This document shows positions 1-12,132 of a DNA stretch of 64,000 nucleotides, one piece after another (the stretch's first letter is position 1; each line of letters begins with the position of its first letter). The notes beneath the pieces were generated by a model. That model searched no databases. It was not told the origin of the DNA and saw only the letters and a list, made by a program, of their open reading frames with translations. The position numbers and the translations under genes were made by a program. The DNA comes from Eledone cirrhosa (Eukaryota): positions 90,334,001-90,398,000 of the forward strand of contig OZ024740.1 in NCBI GenBank assembly GCA_964016885.1, written 5' to 3'.

Positions 1-139
1 CTCTATGAATAATTGGGACAAACCAATCCGAATGGATTAGACTGAACCAGTATCAGAGCTAAAAGTACATTATGAAGAGAGAAGAAACATTTAGATATAA
101 TTAGTAATAAGATGTATCATACCTAAACTGCTTCTAGAT

Positions 140-229
140 TCCTCGACTACGTAGTTTCGTGGCATAATCAAAAGCAATACATCATAGAGATATAGAGCCT
201 TTGTGAGGTATGCCGACTTATCAAGAGGA
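140..229 (-). ncRNA. Type I hammerhead ribozyme, U3-A8 core variant
   Basis: Minus strand: UCCUC-UUGAUAA-GUCGGCAU...AUGCCAC-GAAA-CUACGUAG-UC-GAGGA; stem I UCCUC/GAGGA, palindromic stem III, GUC cleavage triplet. Confidence 0.7.
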
Positions 230-671
230 TACCTCATTTTACTAGCCTCAAGAACACGTCTATAAGATGTGAGATAGAATCCCAAAAGGCGGAGGGGGAG
301 TCAGTCACGTGATACAACGGTCAAGAAACAGAGCTAAGCCCCTTATAACCCTGAAAAAAAATACCACGGAGGCGGAGGGGGTATTTATATCGAGGCCGTA
401 GAAGAGGTGGTTAAGGAGGCGAGAGGTATGAGTAATGGCAGCTTTCTAGCAGTCACTACACTTCAAAGATTACTCGACCAGAGGGAATTATAAACAATAT
501 ATTGAGAAACACACAGATACATGCGGAGACATACATATACATTTGTTCAGGGTTATAAGGGGCTTAGCTCTGTTTCTTGACCGTTGTATTACGTGACTGA
601 CTCCCCCTCCGCCTTTTGGGATTCTATCTCACATCTTATACACGTGTTCTTGAGGCTAGTAAAATGAGGTA

Positions 672-761
672 TCCTCTTGATAAGTCGGCAGACCTCACAA
701 AGGCTCTATATTTCTATGATGTATTGCTTTTGATTATGCCACAAAACTACGTAGTCGAGGA
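672..761 (+). ncRNA. Hammerhead ribozyme copy with GAAA->AAAA (probably inactive)
   Basis: Mirror of 140-229; reads ccacAAAActacgtagtcgagga. Confidence 0.6.
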
Positions 762-1002
762 ATCTAGAAGCAGTTTAGGTATGATACATCTTATTACTAA
801 TTATATCTAAATGTTTCTTCTCTCTTCATAATGTACTTTTAGCTCTGATACTGGTTCAGTCTAATCCATTCGGATTGGTTTGTCCCAGTTATTCATAGAG
901 CAACATCGGTTAAGGTTGGCACCATTAACTCAAGGATGGATGTGGTTATATTCATGTATATGTATGTGTCCGCATGTATCTGTGTGTTTCTCAATATATT
1001 GT

Positions 1003-1016
1003 ACATATATATATAT

Positions 1017-1102
<86 letters not shown>
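1003..1102. repeat. (TA)n microsatellite
   Basis: Direct. Confidence 0.98.
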
Positions 1103-1104
<2 letters not shown>

Positions 1105-1144
1105 GATATTAAATAAATGGAAACTATACTTATAAAACCATATT

Positions 1145-1210
1145 TATTTCATTATATATATTCCAGGGATATCATATTAAAAATATGGTATGCCTTCATC
1201 AGACAAAATA
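1145..1210 (-). ncRNA. Type I hammerhead ribozyme (CUGAUGA intact, GAAA->GGAA)
   Basis: UAUUUUGU-CUGAUGA-AGGCAUACCAUAU..AUAUGAUAUCCCU-GGAA-UAUAUA-UA-AUGAAAUA. Confidence 0.6.
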
Positions 1211-1337
1211 CAATATAAACAGTCTTATAAATAGATAGATTTGACATACCTTACACTTCAAATTCCATTTAAAAAGTTGATTTGGTAGTGAAAAATGTTA
1301 GGGACAGTTATAGGGAAAAAAGAATAGAAAGAAAGAA

Positions 1338-1914
1338 TTTAGCACAAAATATAGCACAAAATATTAATAGAATAAATAATAGGAATTTAAAACCTAGCCA
1401 AAATACCAATAATAGCCTAAATAATATCCAAGTAAACAAATGTAACTGTAGAGATAGATCTAAATGTCCGTTAAATAACAATTGCTTAGTTAAAAATATA
1501 ATATACAACTGTAATGTTAAAACGGACTTAAATTATTTTAACTATGTTGGTTCCACCTCGACAGAATTTAAACTTCGCTATAATAACCACAAGAATTCTT
1601 TTACAGATCCAAGCAAAAAATCTTCAACATCACTATCAGGCTTACTCTGGCAACTTAAGCATGATAACGTTGGATATTTGACGGCTTGGAATATAGTCTC
1701 AAGAGGGATTCCTTTTAATTCATCTTCTGAGACATGTGACCTCTGCGCGGAGGAGATATTCTTTATACTAAAATCTAAAAATTCCCTTAATTTACGGACA
1801 AATTTATTCAGTTGCTGCAGACATAGATTGAACTCAACTTTTAAATATAAATATAAATTTAAAATGTCGTATATTTACTTAAGATTTGTAATTATTTATG
1901 AAACTCGCCGATAA
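1338..1914 (+). pseudogene. PLE GIY-YIG endonuclease domain (Naiad-like)
   Basis: CNCRxxxxCPLxxxCL, IIY..YVGSTSTEFKLRYNNHKNSF and CDLCxEE..LNxR..CRH motifs; the ORF's first ~19 codons come from the inverted pLTR. Confidence 0.85.
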
Positions 1915-2982
1915 ATCTCTCGATTTCTTTTTTTAAACATTCTTCATGAATAATTAAACTACCCTAAAAGATGATGCTCCAAATATATCGAATAAATTTT
2001 ACACTAGATAAACTTCTATAATAAATATAAGACCATCTGTAGATCAAATGGGTATCCTTAACTTTTGGAATGATTTCTGCTAGACAGGATTTGGTGAATA
2101 ATTTTGGTTTTGTTTGCTTTTGATTCTGATGCTTCTAATGAACTTGGCAATATATTGTCAAATAAATTTGAAGGGTAGATTTCTGTGGTTGGTATGCGGG
2201 GCATACTGTGCTTTATTACGGCCTGAGATACTCTGGAATGTTCTTGGCGTTTTAATTATGTTTCTTAATATTTTTTAAGATTTTTTAATATTTTTTAATA
2301 TTTTTAATATTTTTAATATTTTTAATATTTTTATTGATATATTGGTATCTGTTGTCTATTCTATGCTTGAACGATAATCATGTAAAGTAAAGGCAAGAAT
2401 ATTATTGATAAAATTAATGTACATTCTATATATATTTGTGTGTATGTACACATATATGTATACTAGAATGTTTATAGCACAATGAGAATGTTTTCATGTG
2501 AAATAAGAATTCGCAGAGTTGATCACGTAAATTCACATGCATGTCTATAGTGTCGAATCTGGGATAACCTTCTATTTTCTTTTCTTTTTTCATGAAAGCG
2601 CATATATACTTATGTATTTCAATTTTTTTTGAAGTTTTATCTCAGTTTTTATCTCAGTTCTGATTATAAACCTAAGAATTTTAAACTAGACATATGATCA
2701 TTATTTTTCACACATTATTGATACGTGTCTCATTCATGAATACTGATATTTACATTATAATACCTAATTCATACGAATTGATATTTTAGATTGATGAAAC
2801 ATAATGTTTTGAATCTGCCTCGTTTATCTCTGGATATTTTTCTTTTCTCTCTATGTAACGGCTGTTTTCTCTCCTAACCACATATATCTCTCTCTACCTT
2901 AATACTATAACTAAATAAATAAATAAATAAATAAATATATCATTGATACGTCATTCAACTGGTGCCCAACTACCTATTTTTC

Positions 2983-3037
2983 TATCTCTCTATCTCTATC
3001 TATATCTATCTCTCTCTATTTTTTTCTCTCTCTCTCT

Positions 3038-3084
<47 letters not shown>

Positions 3085-3170
3085 CTGTTTTTTTCTCTCT
3101 CTATCTATCTCTCTATGTTTTTCCTTTACATGAACTTCTTCTCTCTATCTATCTCTCTATATCTATCTCT
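2983..3170. repeat. (CT)n/(CTAT)n low-complexity tract in PLE 3'UTR
   Basis: Direct. Confidence 0.9.
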
Positions 3171-3341
3171 CTGTGTTTTTCGTTACATGCATTTCTTCTT
3201 TTTCTTCGCTTTCTTTCTTTCTTTCTTTTCTTTTTTCCCTATAACTGTCCCTAACATTTTTCACTACCAAATCAACTTTTTAAATGGAAGTTGAAGTGTA
3301 AGGTATGTCAAATCTATCTATTTATAAGACTGTTTATATTG

Positions 3342-3408
3342 TATTTTTTTTTTATGAAGGCATACCATATTTTTAATATGATATCCCTGAAATATATATA
3401 ATGAAATA
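3342..3408 (+). ncRNA. Type I hammerhead ribozyme (GAAA intact, core decayed to UUUAUGA)
   Basis: Mirror of 1145-1210; the consensus of the two copies is a complete core. Confidence 0.55.
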
Positions 3409-3555
3409 AATATGGTTTTATAAATATAGTTTCCATTTATTTAATATCGTAAATATACTCCAAATACTTGTTGAGTGCTTTTATATCAGTTATAAATATT
3501 TACTCGTTGTAATCCAACATTTTAAATAAAATTTTGCATATATATATATATATAT

Positions 3556-6460
3556 TATTCATAATATAAATAAATGAATAGATTCACATAATCAAAATAT
3601 GTGTTTTACTATATATATTTCGAAGGTACTGTGCTTTTTTTTCAGTACGTTGGTTATGTTTAAGCTAATTATACTAATATATTATATCAACATTAAACAA
3701 TATATTATATCAACATTAAACAATATATAATTATTTTCTATAGGAATCAGAAACATAGTTTAATTCAGTAATATATATACTAAATATGTTGTTACAATAT
3801 TCAAAAACATTTTTTATCTTTAAAGCATGTTTAAATACTTATTAAATATGTATATGGATATTTATTAAAACCCATGCATATATCACCATCAGATTATATA
3901 TGTTATATTATGTTAAGAATTATTATCTGAATTATTCTATTTTCATTGTAAAATCATTTCAATTCATTGGTTGTCATTTCCTTACAGGATAATTAGTAGT
4001 TATATTTACTCTCAAATGTATTATTATTTCGATTTTACTTCCGTAATTACATCTTATTATGTATAGTTTCCCTTTAAGGATTTTTCATATATTATTAAAC
4101 TGTATAAATCATGTTAAATATAGATTAGCAAGCAGAAAAAAATTATTTATGAAGAAAAAAATATACAATGGACAGAAAAAAATTATTTATGAAGAATGTA
4201 AACAAAGGAAGATAGCTCGTTCAACATATGTGAACATTTAAGATATTTAAGTATTTTGAATGCCAAAAGATATTTCAAACCACAAATTCAGAAATTTCTA
4301 GTTAAACAATGACCTTTCTAAATCCAAACTTAGGATACCGATATTCATCATGAGATTAATTTACTATATAAAAACGATATACAATTTGTTCGGGTAAGGC
4401 AAAACGTTATATATATAATAATATTTCAATAATTATTAATAGTCAATATTATTTTCGAAATTTGTATAATGCTTGAAAGGTTCTTCGAGACTTATGTAGA
4501 TAGCTTCCACATAATTATTTCTTCTTATTAATTAAATTACCATAATTTGTAATTATTAATAGAGTCTCTAACTTGAAAAGATTGCAAATCGATGAAATGG
4601 AAGTGTTCCGGTAGGAATCAGAATTATTTAATTTTCTCCAAGAAATTAAGTATTTAATATTTTTCTCTTTCAAAGACCATGTTAATTGTGATAGTGATGG
4701 AGAAAATGATTTATCTGGATTAGAAAACGAATGTTTAGGATTGGAAAAGCGAAACTTAAAGTTAGATGAAATGGCACAAATATAGTTATAAGTATTATTA
4801 TTATTTGTCTTAATAGTTACGCCCCCTTACGAAGTGAGTTCAAATCCCGCCGAGGTCGATACAATAAAGTACCAGTAATGTACTGGGATAATTGCTGGCT
4901 TTGTGCCAACATTAGAAACAATTATTATTTGTCTTAATGTTACATTTATACACTAGATTCTTGTCAAGGCAATTATTTTGTAAAGGGCATTCAGATTTCC
5001 TTCTAGAGTTACAATTCAATTCAATGTTATTTCTATACCCTTAACTATTCGTTTTATCATTATTATTTCTAGGTGTTCTACTATTATTCATATTTAAACT
5101 ATTGTTATTGTTATTCACATTAACTAATGTATTATTATTATTATTGTTATTATCGCTAATTATATGCTGGTTCAAATTAAGAATTTTACTATGAATTTTT
5201 GCAATATGTTTAGCAATATTCACAGTTGTTGAATAAGAGAGTTTAACTGTGTGTCTATTGAAGATAGAGTAATAGTTATGTGATCTAGGGAAACATTTAT
5301 CCAATGCTTTAAAAAATAAATGTCCTAAAGGTGTTTTAATAGTTAAAGATGGTGGCGCAGCATATCAAATTATAGATCTAGTCCTTATTTTTTTCCCCGA
5401 TTTATTCTTCAAGTTGTTGTTTTTACTGTCAGTTCTGCTTTTAGTATTATGAATATTGTGTTTATAATTAATATTATTTTTTCCTACATATTCAATATTA
5501 TTTTTATACCCTGCTTTATGTAACGCTTCATTATAATATACTCCCTTACTATTAAATATGGATCTATTAGCAGATAGTCTGGATATTCTTTGTTGGACAC
5601 TATTGACTACTGCATTTTTAACATTTTTAGGATGATTAGAGTAAAACCTAACATCATTTAAGTTTGCATAGAATTTATGGAATGGTTAATGAAGGCCTGA
5701 GTTTAAATTAAGAGTTACATCTAAAAACGTAACTATTTTATTGTTATTTTCTACTTCTAATTTCAGGTCATAATTTTAAAAGAATTCTATAATTACTTTC
5801 TTTAATCTATTTAATTTGCTATTATTATGCCTAACTACAGTAAATAATATGTCGCCTCTATATAAACCACCGGTAATCTCCGGCAATTTTCTCTTTATCA
5901 CAAGTTCGGTAACTTGCGCCGAATCAGACGAGCCGATTGTAATGTCAAAGTTATCTGCCTATCAGATCTAGTCAAAAAACATTATTAGAATCGATCAAGG
6001 TTCACCTTGCCTTTAAAATAATATTAATCTCGTCACTAGATAGATATGTATGTTTATATGCATATGAAAGCGCCTTATTAAGTAGGTTAGGAGTTATTGG
6101 GGAATAATAACTCGCTCTGTCCATTTGAATGAAGTTATGATTTTTCTTATTTCCAATATTATTGAACGAATCTATGACTTCACTAGTGCCCTTCCATAAG
6201 TTAAGCCTTGACCTTAATTCTAACAGTAGCAACATCCTATCTATTATGTTTTTACTAATTATTCCAAGGTCGGATTTCGAAGGTGCTATAAGTCTAACAG
6301 GTAAGTCCTCTTCAATATTTATTTTATGGTCTTTAAAACTTATCCGCGGTTGCCATGGTATGAAAGTTTCGGTCTTCCGCTCTATTCCGAGATTGGTGAT
6401 AATTTCAAATATATCATTATTGATATCCAATAAATCCTTACTTGGGGCTTTTCTGTAATA
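3556..6460 (-). mobile_element. Degenerate Penelope-like element (RT + GIY-YIG), tail-to-tail with the previous PLE
   Basis: Minus strand VRLIAPSKSDLGIISK, NLWK, FDITIGSSDSAQVTELV, GLYRGD, IFNRHTVKLSYS, CNSRRKSECPLQNNCL; multiple stops and frameshifts. Confidence 0.85.
4821..4920 (+). mobile_element. tRNA-derived SINE fragment inserted in the PLE, with TSD
   Basis: B-box GAGTTCAAATCC, SINE body (aagtaccagt..actggg..gctggc..tgtgcc); TSD attattatttgtcttaat(a)gttac at 4797-4820 and 4921-4943. Confidence 0.8.
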
Positions 6461-6495
6461 TTTTCTAACAGCCGTTTTTATGGGATTACAAATTC

Positions 6496-8165
6496 AGCTG
6501 AAATAATTGTAAATGACCCCATTGAGTGTAAACTCTAAGTTATATTATATTATTGCTCCCTCAGTCGAGCTGAATTTGTAATCCCATATAAACGGATGTT
6601 ATTTCTAGCACTATGTGTGGGAGGTTAGAGGACTGGAATAAGTTGTGTGCAAAACCTCGTGTGTTTTCGCTACGTTAACCAGACCTAAGATATTTTTCTC
6701 AGGTGAAGTTACTTAATTTATATGGGTACCTATTGACAAACCCAGAAAATTAATTAACTCACTACTTATTAATTAATTATTTCACTATTATACCATCCTT
6801 TGTGAAACATGTTTAAAGTTTGAAGTTCTGACCGATCTGCGGAAAAAAGTTTGTATTTTGAAATATAAACGTGTCTAGGTACCAAGGCCTTTTGCCCATA
6901 TGGGTTTGTGAGTATTGATTTATTATTTTTTAGATCGTACAGGCAAACTATATGTATTTGAATTAAGATATTTCATTCTAACTATTTTATTAGTCAATTG
7001 AAACTAAAACATGTAAATGTTTATCATATATTAATTTATACAGCTCAGAAGCGATTCTTAGAGCTGAAATAATTGTAAATGACCCCATTTAGTGTACATT
7101 CTAAGTTATATTATATTACTGCTCCCTCAGTCGAGCTGAATTTGTAATCCCATATAAACGGCTGTTATTTCTAGCACTATGTGTGGGAGGTTAGAGGACT
7201 GGAATAAGTCGTGTGCATAACCTCGTGAATTTTCGCTACGTTAACCAGACCTTAGATATTTTTCTGAGGTGAAGTTACTTAATTTAATGGGTACCTATTG
7301 ATAAACACAGAAAATTAATTAACTCACTACTAATTAATTAATTATTTCATTATTATACCATCCTTTGTGAAACATGTTTAAAGTTTGAAGTTCTGACCGA
7401 TCTGCGGAAAAAGTTTGTATTTTGAAATTAAAACGTGTCTAGGTACCAAGGCCTTTTGCCCATATGGGTTTGTGAGTATTGATTTATTATGTTTTAGATC
7501 GTACAGGCAAGCTATATGAATTTGAATTAAGATATTTCATTCTAACTATTTTATTAGTCAATTGCAACTAAAACATGTAAATATTTATCATATATTAATT
7601 TATACTGCTCTGAAGCGATTCTTAGAGCTGAAATAATTGTAAGTGACCCCATTGAGTGTAAACTCTGAGTTATAATATATTACTGCTCCCTCAGTCGAGC
7701 TGAATTTGTAATGCCATATAAACCGCTGTTATTTCTAGCACTATGTGTGAGAGGTTAGAGGACTGGAATAAGTTGTGTGCAAAACCTCGTGTATTTTCGC
7801 TACGTTAACCAGACCTTAGATATTTTTCTGAGGTGAAGTTACTTAATTTATATGGGTACCTATTGATATCACAGAAAATTAATTAACTCAATACTAATTA
7901 ATTAATTATTTCACTATTATACCATCCTGTGTGAAACATGTTTAAAGTTTGAAGTTCTGACCGATCTGCGGAAACAGTTTGTATTTTGAAATTTAAACGT
8001 GTCTAGGTACCAAGGCCTTTTGCCCATATGGGTTTGTGAGTATTGATTTATTATTTTTTAGATCGTACAGGCAAGCTATATGTATTTGAATTAAGATATT
8101 TCATTCTAACTATTTTATTAGTTAATTGTAAATAAAACATGTAAATGTTTATCATACATTAATTT
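6496..8165. repeat. Tandem array A, ~565-bp unit x ~3
   Basis: agctgaaataattgtaa recurs at 6496, 7062, 7626; units near-identical. Confidence 0.95.
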
Positions 8166-8189
8166 TTATATATATATATATATATATAC

Positions 8190-8239
<50 letters not shown>

Positions 8240-8282
8240 GTTTATCATATATTAATTTATATATATATATATATATATATAC

Positions 8283-8366
<84 letters not shown>

Positions 8367-8392
8367 TTATATATATATTTATATATATATTT

Positions 8393-8445
<53 letters not shown>

Positions 8446-8494
8446 CATATATATATATATATATAAATATATATATATGTATATATATATATAT
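8166..8494. repeat. Interrupted (TA)n microsatellite
   Basis: Direct. Confidence 0.97.
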
Positions 8495-8782
8495 AACGAA
8501 GGAAATCTGGTAAGGAACCAGGTGGACCATAACGCACGAAATTACTCAATACTTAGGGGAGTAGAGTGGGTAATAGAAATGAGTAGGACCCCGACGACTG
8601 AGATCAAGCCGTTTCGACGGCTATTTCAGGACTTAATAAATTTAGTCCAGAATTAGCCGTCGAAACGCCTTGAGCTCAGCCGTCGGTGTCCTACTCATTC
8701 CTATTACCCACTCTACTAACCTAAGTATTGAGTACTTTGGTGCGTCATGGTCCAACTGGTTCCTTACCACATTTCCTTCGTT
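8495..8782. mobile_element. 288-bp palindromic element embedded in (TA)n, PLE-terminus-like
   Basis: Arms mirror around ~8638; each arm has GAAA-stem III-GUC (half HHR; 5' core atypical, CUGAAAUA/CAGAAUUA) and the bulged hairpin. Confidence 0.75.
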
Positions 8783-8796
8783 ATATATACATATAT

Positions 8797-8883
<87 letters not shown>

Positions 8884-11422
8884 CTTACTAGCAAACCACT
8901 TTCCACTGATTGACCTCGATGTCACGTGATTGATTCTTTTTGAATTTGCCACCGACGTAGAGGCAGTGATTTTTTCTCAATGGGTAGGAATTCAGTACAC
9001 GCTTTGCTATTTTCTATCCACTGAATTATTTTTTAATAAGTTTCCAGTGTCCACGCTTTGCCTGGTTACTTAGATGAGTGAGAATAGTCTTCCCTGGCGA
9101 CGGAATGTTTCTCTATGTTTTCTTCGGAAAATATATTTACTCCATTCCAGAAACTAATTAGTTGGAAGTGATATTTTAGTAAGTAAGTTAATTTTATAAT
9201 TTTCTTATTTTACGTCTCTCATATTATTGTTCTGCAACCCCATGCATTGAACCACAAAGTTACTAAGACAAAACCTATATATTTGCTAGCATAGATATTC
9301 ATCTGTATGTATATACATGTTACTAGATATTAATTCTTTATAATTATCTCCAAATTATTTCTCGAGCAATATTAGCCACGACTGCTGCTATGGTAGCAGG
9401 CAGGCCGCTGTCTTATTAGCAAACCACTTTCCACTGATTGACCTCGATGTCACGTGATTGATTCTTTTTGAATTTGCCACCGACGTAGCGGCAGTGATTT
9501 TCTCAATGTCTAGGAATTCAGTACACGCTTTGCTATTTTCTATCCACTGAATTATTTTTTAATAAGTTTCTAGTGTCCACGCTTTGCCTGGTTACTTAGA
9601 TGAGAATAGTCTTCCCTGGCGACGGAATGTTTCTCTATGTTTTCTTCGGAAAATATATTTACTCCATTCAAGAAACTAATTAGTTAGAAGTGATATTTTA
9701 GTACGTAAGTTAATTTTATAATTTTCTTATTTTACGTCTCTCATATTATTGTTCTGCAACACCATGCATTGAACCACAAAGTTACTAAGACAAAACCTAT
9801 ATATTTGCTAGCATAGATATTCATCTGTATGTATATACATGTTACTAGATATTAATTCTTTATAATTATCTCCAAATTATTTCTCGAGCAATATTAGCCA
9901 CGACTGCTGCTATGGTAGAAGGCAGGCCGCTGTCTTATTAGCAAACCACTTTCCACTGATTGACCTCGATATCACGTGATTCATTCTTTTTGAATTTGCC
10001 ACCGACGTAGAGGCAGTGATTTTCTCAATGTCTAGGAATTCAGTACACGCTTTGATATTTTCTATCCACTGAATTATTTTTTAATAAGTTTCCAGTGTCC
10101 ATGCTTTGCCTGGTTACTTAGATGAGAATAGTCTTCCTGGCGACGGAATGTTTCTCTATGTTTTCTTCGGAAAATATATTTACTCCATTCAAGAAACTAA
10201 TTAGTTGGAAGTGATATTTTAGTACGTAAGTTAATTTTATAATTTTCTTATTTTACGTCTCTCATATTATTGTTCTGCAACCCCATGCATTGAACCACAA
10301 AGTTACTAAGACAAAACCTATATATTTGCTAGCATAGATATTCTTCTGTATGTATATACATGTTACTAGATATTAATTCTTTATAATTATCTCCAAATTA
10401 TTTCTCGAGCAATATTAGCGACGACTGCTGCTATGGTAGAAGGCAGGCCGCTGTCTTATTAGCAAACCACTTTCCACTGATTGACCTCGATGTCACGTGA
10501 TTGATTCTTTTTGAATTTGCCACCGACGTAGAGGCAGTGATTTTCTCAATGTCTAGGAATTCAGTACACGCTTTGATATTTTCTATCCACTGAATTATTT
10601 TTTAATAAGTTTCCAGTGTCCACGCTTTGCCTGGTTACTTAGATGAGAATAGTCTTCCCTGGCGACGGAATGTTTCTCTTTGTTTTCTTCGGAAAATATA
10701 TTTACTCCATTCCAGAAACTAATTAGTTGGAAGTGATATTTTAGTAAGTAAGTTAATTTTATAATTTTCTTATTTTACGCCTCTCATATTATTGTTCTGC
10801 AACCCCATGCATTGAACCACAAAGTTACTAAGACAAAACCTATATATTTGCTAGCATAGATATTCATCTGTATGTATATACATGTTACTAGATATTAATT
10901 CTTTATAATTATCTCCAAATTATTTGTCGAGCAATATTGGCAACGACTGCTGCTATGGTAGCAGGCAGGCCGTTCTCTTATTAGCAAACCACTTTCCACT
11001 GATTGACCTCGATGTCACGTGATTGATTCTTTTTGAATTTGCCACCGACGTAGAGGCAGTGATTTTCTCAATATCTAGGAATTCAGTCCACGCTTTGCTA
11101 TTTTCTATCCACTGAATTATTTTTTAATAAGTTTCCAGTGTCCACGCTTTGCCTGGTTACTTAGATGAGAATAGTCTTCCCTGGCGACGGAATGTTTCTC
11201 TTTGTTTTCTTCGGAAAATATATTTACTCCATTCCAGAAACTAATTAGTTGGAAGTGATATTTTAGTAAGTAAGTTAATTTTATAATTTTCTTATTTTAC
11301 GTCTCTCATATTATTGTTCTTCAACCCCATGCATTGAACCACACAGTTACTAAGACAACACCTATATATTTGCTAGCATATATATGCATCTGTATGTATA
11401 TACATGTTACTAGATATTAATT

Positions 11423-11426
<4 letters not shown>
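8884..11426. repeat. Tandem array B, ~522-bp unit x ~4.9, flanked by (TA)n on both sides
   Basis: tagcaaaccactttcc recurs at 8889, 9417, 9939, 10460, 10982. Confidence 0.97.
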
Positions 11427-11464
<38 letters not shown>

Positions 11465-11660
11465 TTAAGGATACTATTTATGGTTATGTATATACTAAAA
11501 CCTTTTATAGTTATATATGTTTTAAACCCTAAATAGTGAAAGACAGTAATTCATTACTATCTTATTACCAGTAAGATAAATAGCTCAATGTAACAACATC
11601 AGTTTTTTTACAGAGCAGTTATATAGAAATTACATGAATCAAAGTTCAGTTTAAATCATT

Positions 11661-11715
11661 TAATTGCTTACAATTGTTTCCTCCAAACAGAGGTTTGGGT
11701 CCTTCGGAGCAATTA
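11661..11715 (-). ncRNA. Minimal type I hammerhead ribozyme (U4C, A9G)
   Basis: UAAUUGCU-CCGAAGG-ACCCAAAC-CUCU-GUUUGGAG-GAAA-CAAUUG-UA-AGCAAUUA; perfect 8-bp stem I, palindromic ACAAUUGU stem III. Confidence 0.7.
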
Positions 11716-11934
11716 TTTACTGATTTTTTACATACTTGCCCTCCTTTTCAACACAAGAGACATATAGAAACATATGTATATATTGACCCAGAGTGGGTTG
11801 ACATCCATCATAATATTATTATTATTATTATTATTATTATTATGGATGTCAACCCACTGTGGGTCAATATATACATATGTTTCTATATGTCTCTTGTGTT
11901 GAAAAGGAAGTCAAGTATGTAAAAAAACACTAAA

Positions 11935-11989
11935 TAATTACTCCGAAGAATCCAAACCTCGGTTTGGAGGAAACAATTGTAAGCAAATA
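11935..11989 (+). ncRNA. Minimal type I hammerhead ribozyme (U4C)
   Basis: CCGAAGA-AUCCAAAC-CUCG-GUUUGGAG-GAAA-CAAUUG-UA-AGC. Confidence 0.7.
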
Positions 11990-12042
11990 AATGATTTAAA
12001 CTGAACTTTGATTCATGTAATTTCTATAATTTCTATAATTTC

Positions 12043-12129
<87 letters not shown>

Positions 12130-12132
<3 letters not shown>

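Larger units (their letters stand above)
1..1002. mobile_element. Fold-back PLE pseudo-LTR element (arms 1-355 / 546-900; second IR 494-542 / 954-1002)
   Basis: 1-355 is the near-perfect reverse complement of 546-900 and runs off the window start; each arm carries an HHR; the right end abuts (TA)n at 1003. Confidence 0.8.
1102..3537 (+). mobile_element. 5'-truncated Penelope-like element with inverted 5' pLTR (1102-~1337 is the reverse complement of ~3215-3451)
   Basis: GIY-YIG ORF, long 3'UTR, inverted terminal copy, HHR in both copies, AATAAA near 3525, both ends at (TA)n. Confidence 0.85.
11462..12045 (-). mobile_element. Fold-back PLE pLTR element (arms 11622-~11815 / ~11835-12028, (TAT)n loop, unpaired tail 11462-11621)
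   Basis: Direct inverted repeat; HHR in each arm; the tail ends at (TA)n. Confidence 0.8.

Noticed and set aside
91-810. Two near-identical 64-aa ORFs on opposite strands (91-285, 616-810)
   Set aside because: A by-product of the inverted repeat; TTG starts, no domain motifs, and they overlap the ribozyme
1914-2180. SECIS element / selenoprotein, as known for some Naiad PLEs
   Set aside because: The visible Cys positions are TGT/TGC, not TGA, and no ATGA..AA..GA hairpin with a proper helix II could be folded; SECISearch would be decisive
3600-3650. Hammerhead in the 3'UTR of the minus-strand PLE (CUGAAAA..GAAA-UAUAUA-UA)
   Set aside because: Stems I and II do not pair convincingly; at best a decayed remnant
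8896-9170. Hammerhead in the array B unit (CTGATTGA ... GAAACTAATTAGT)
   Set aside because: 8-nt core, ~230-nt unpaired 'stem II' and no cleavage nucleotide; a local hairpin explains the 3' part
6496-11426. CRISPR or RNA-gene arrays
   Set aside because: Units are fully repeated with no unique spacers; no tRNA, 5S or snRNA motifs recognised
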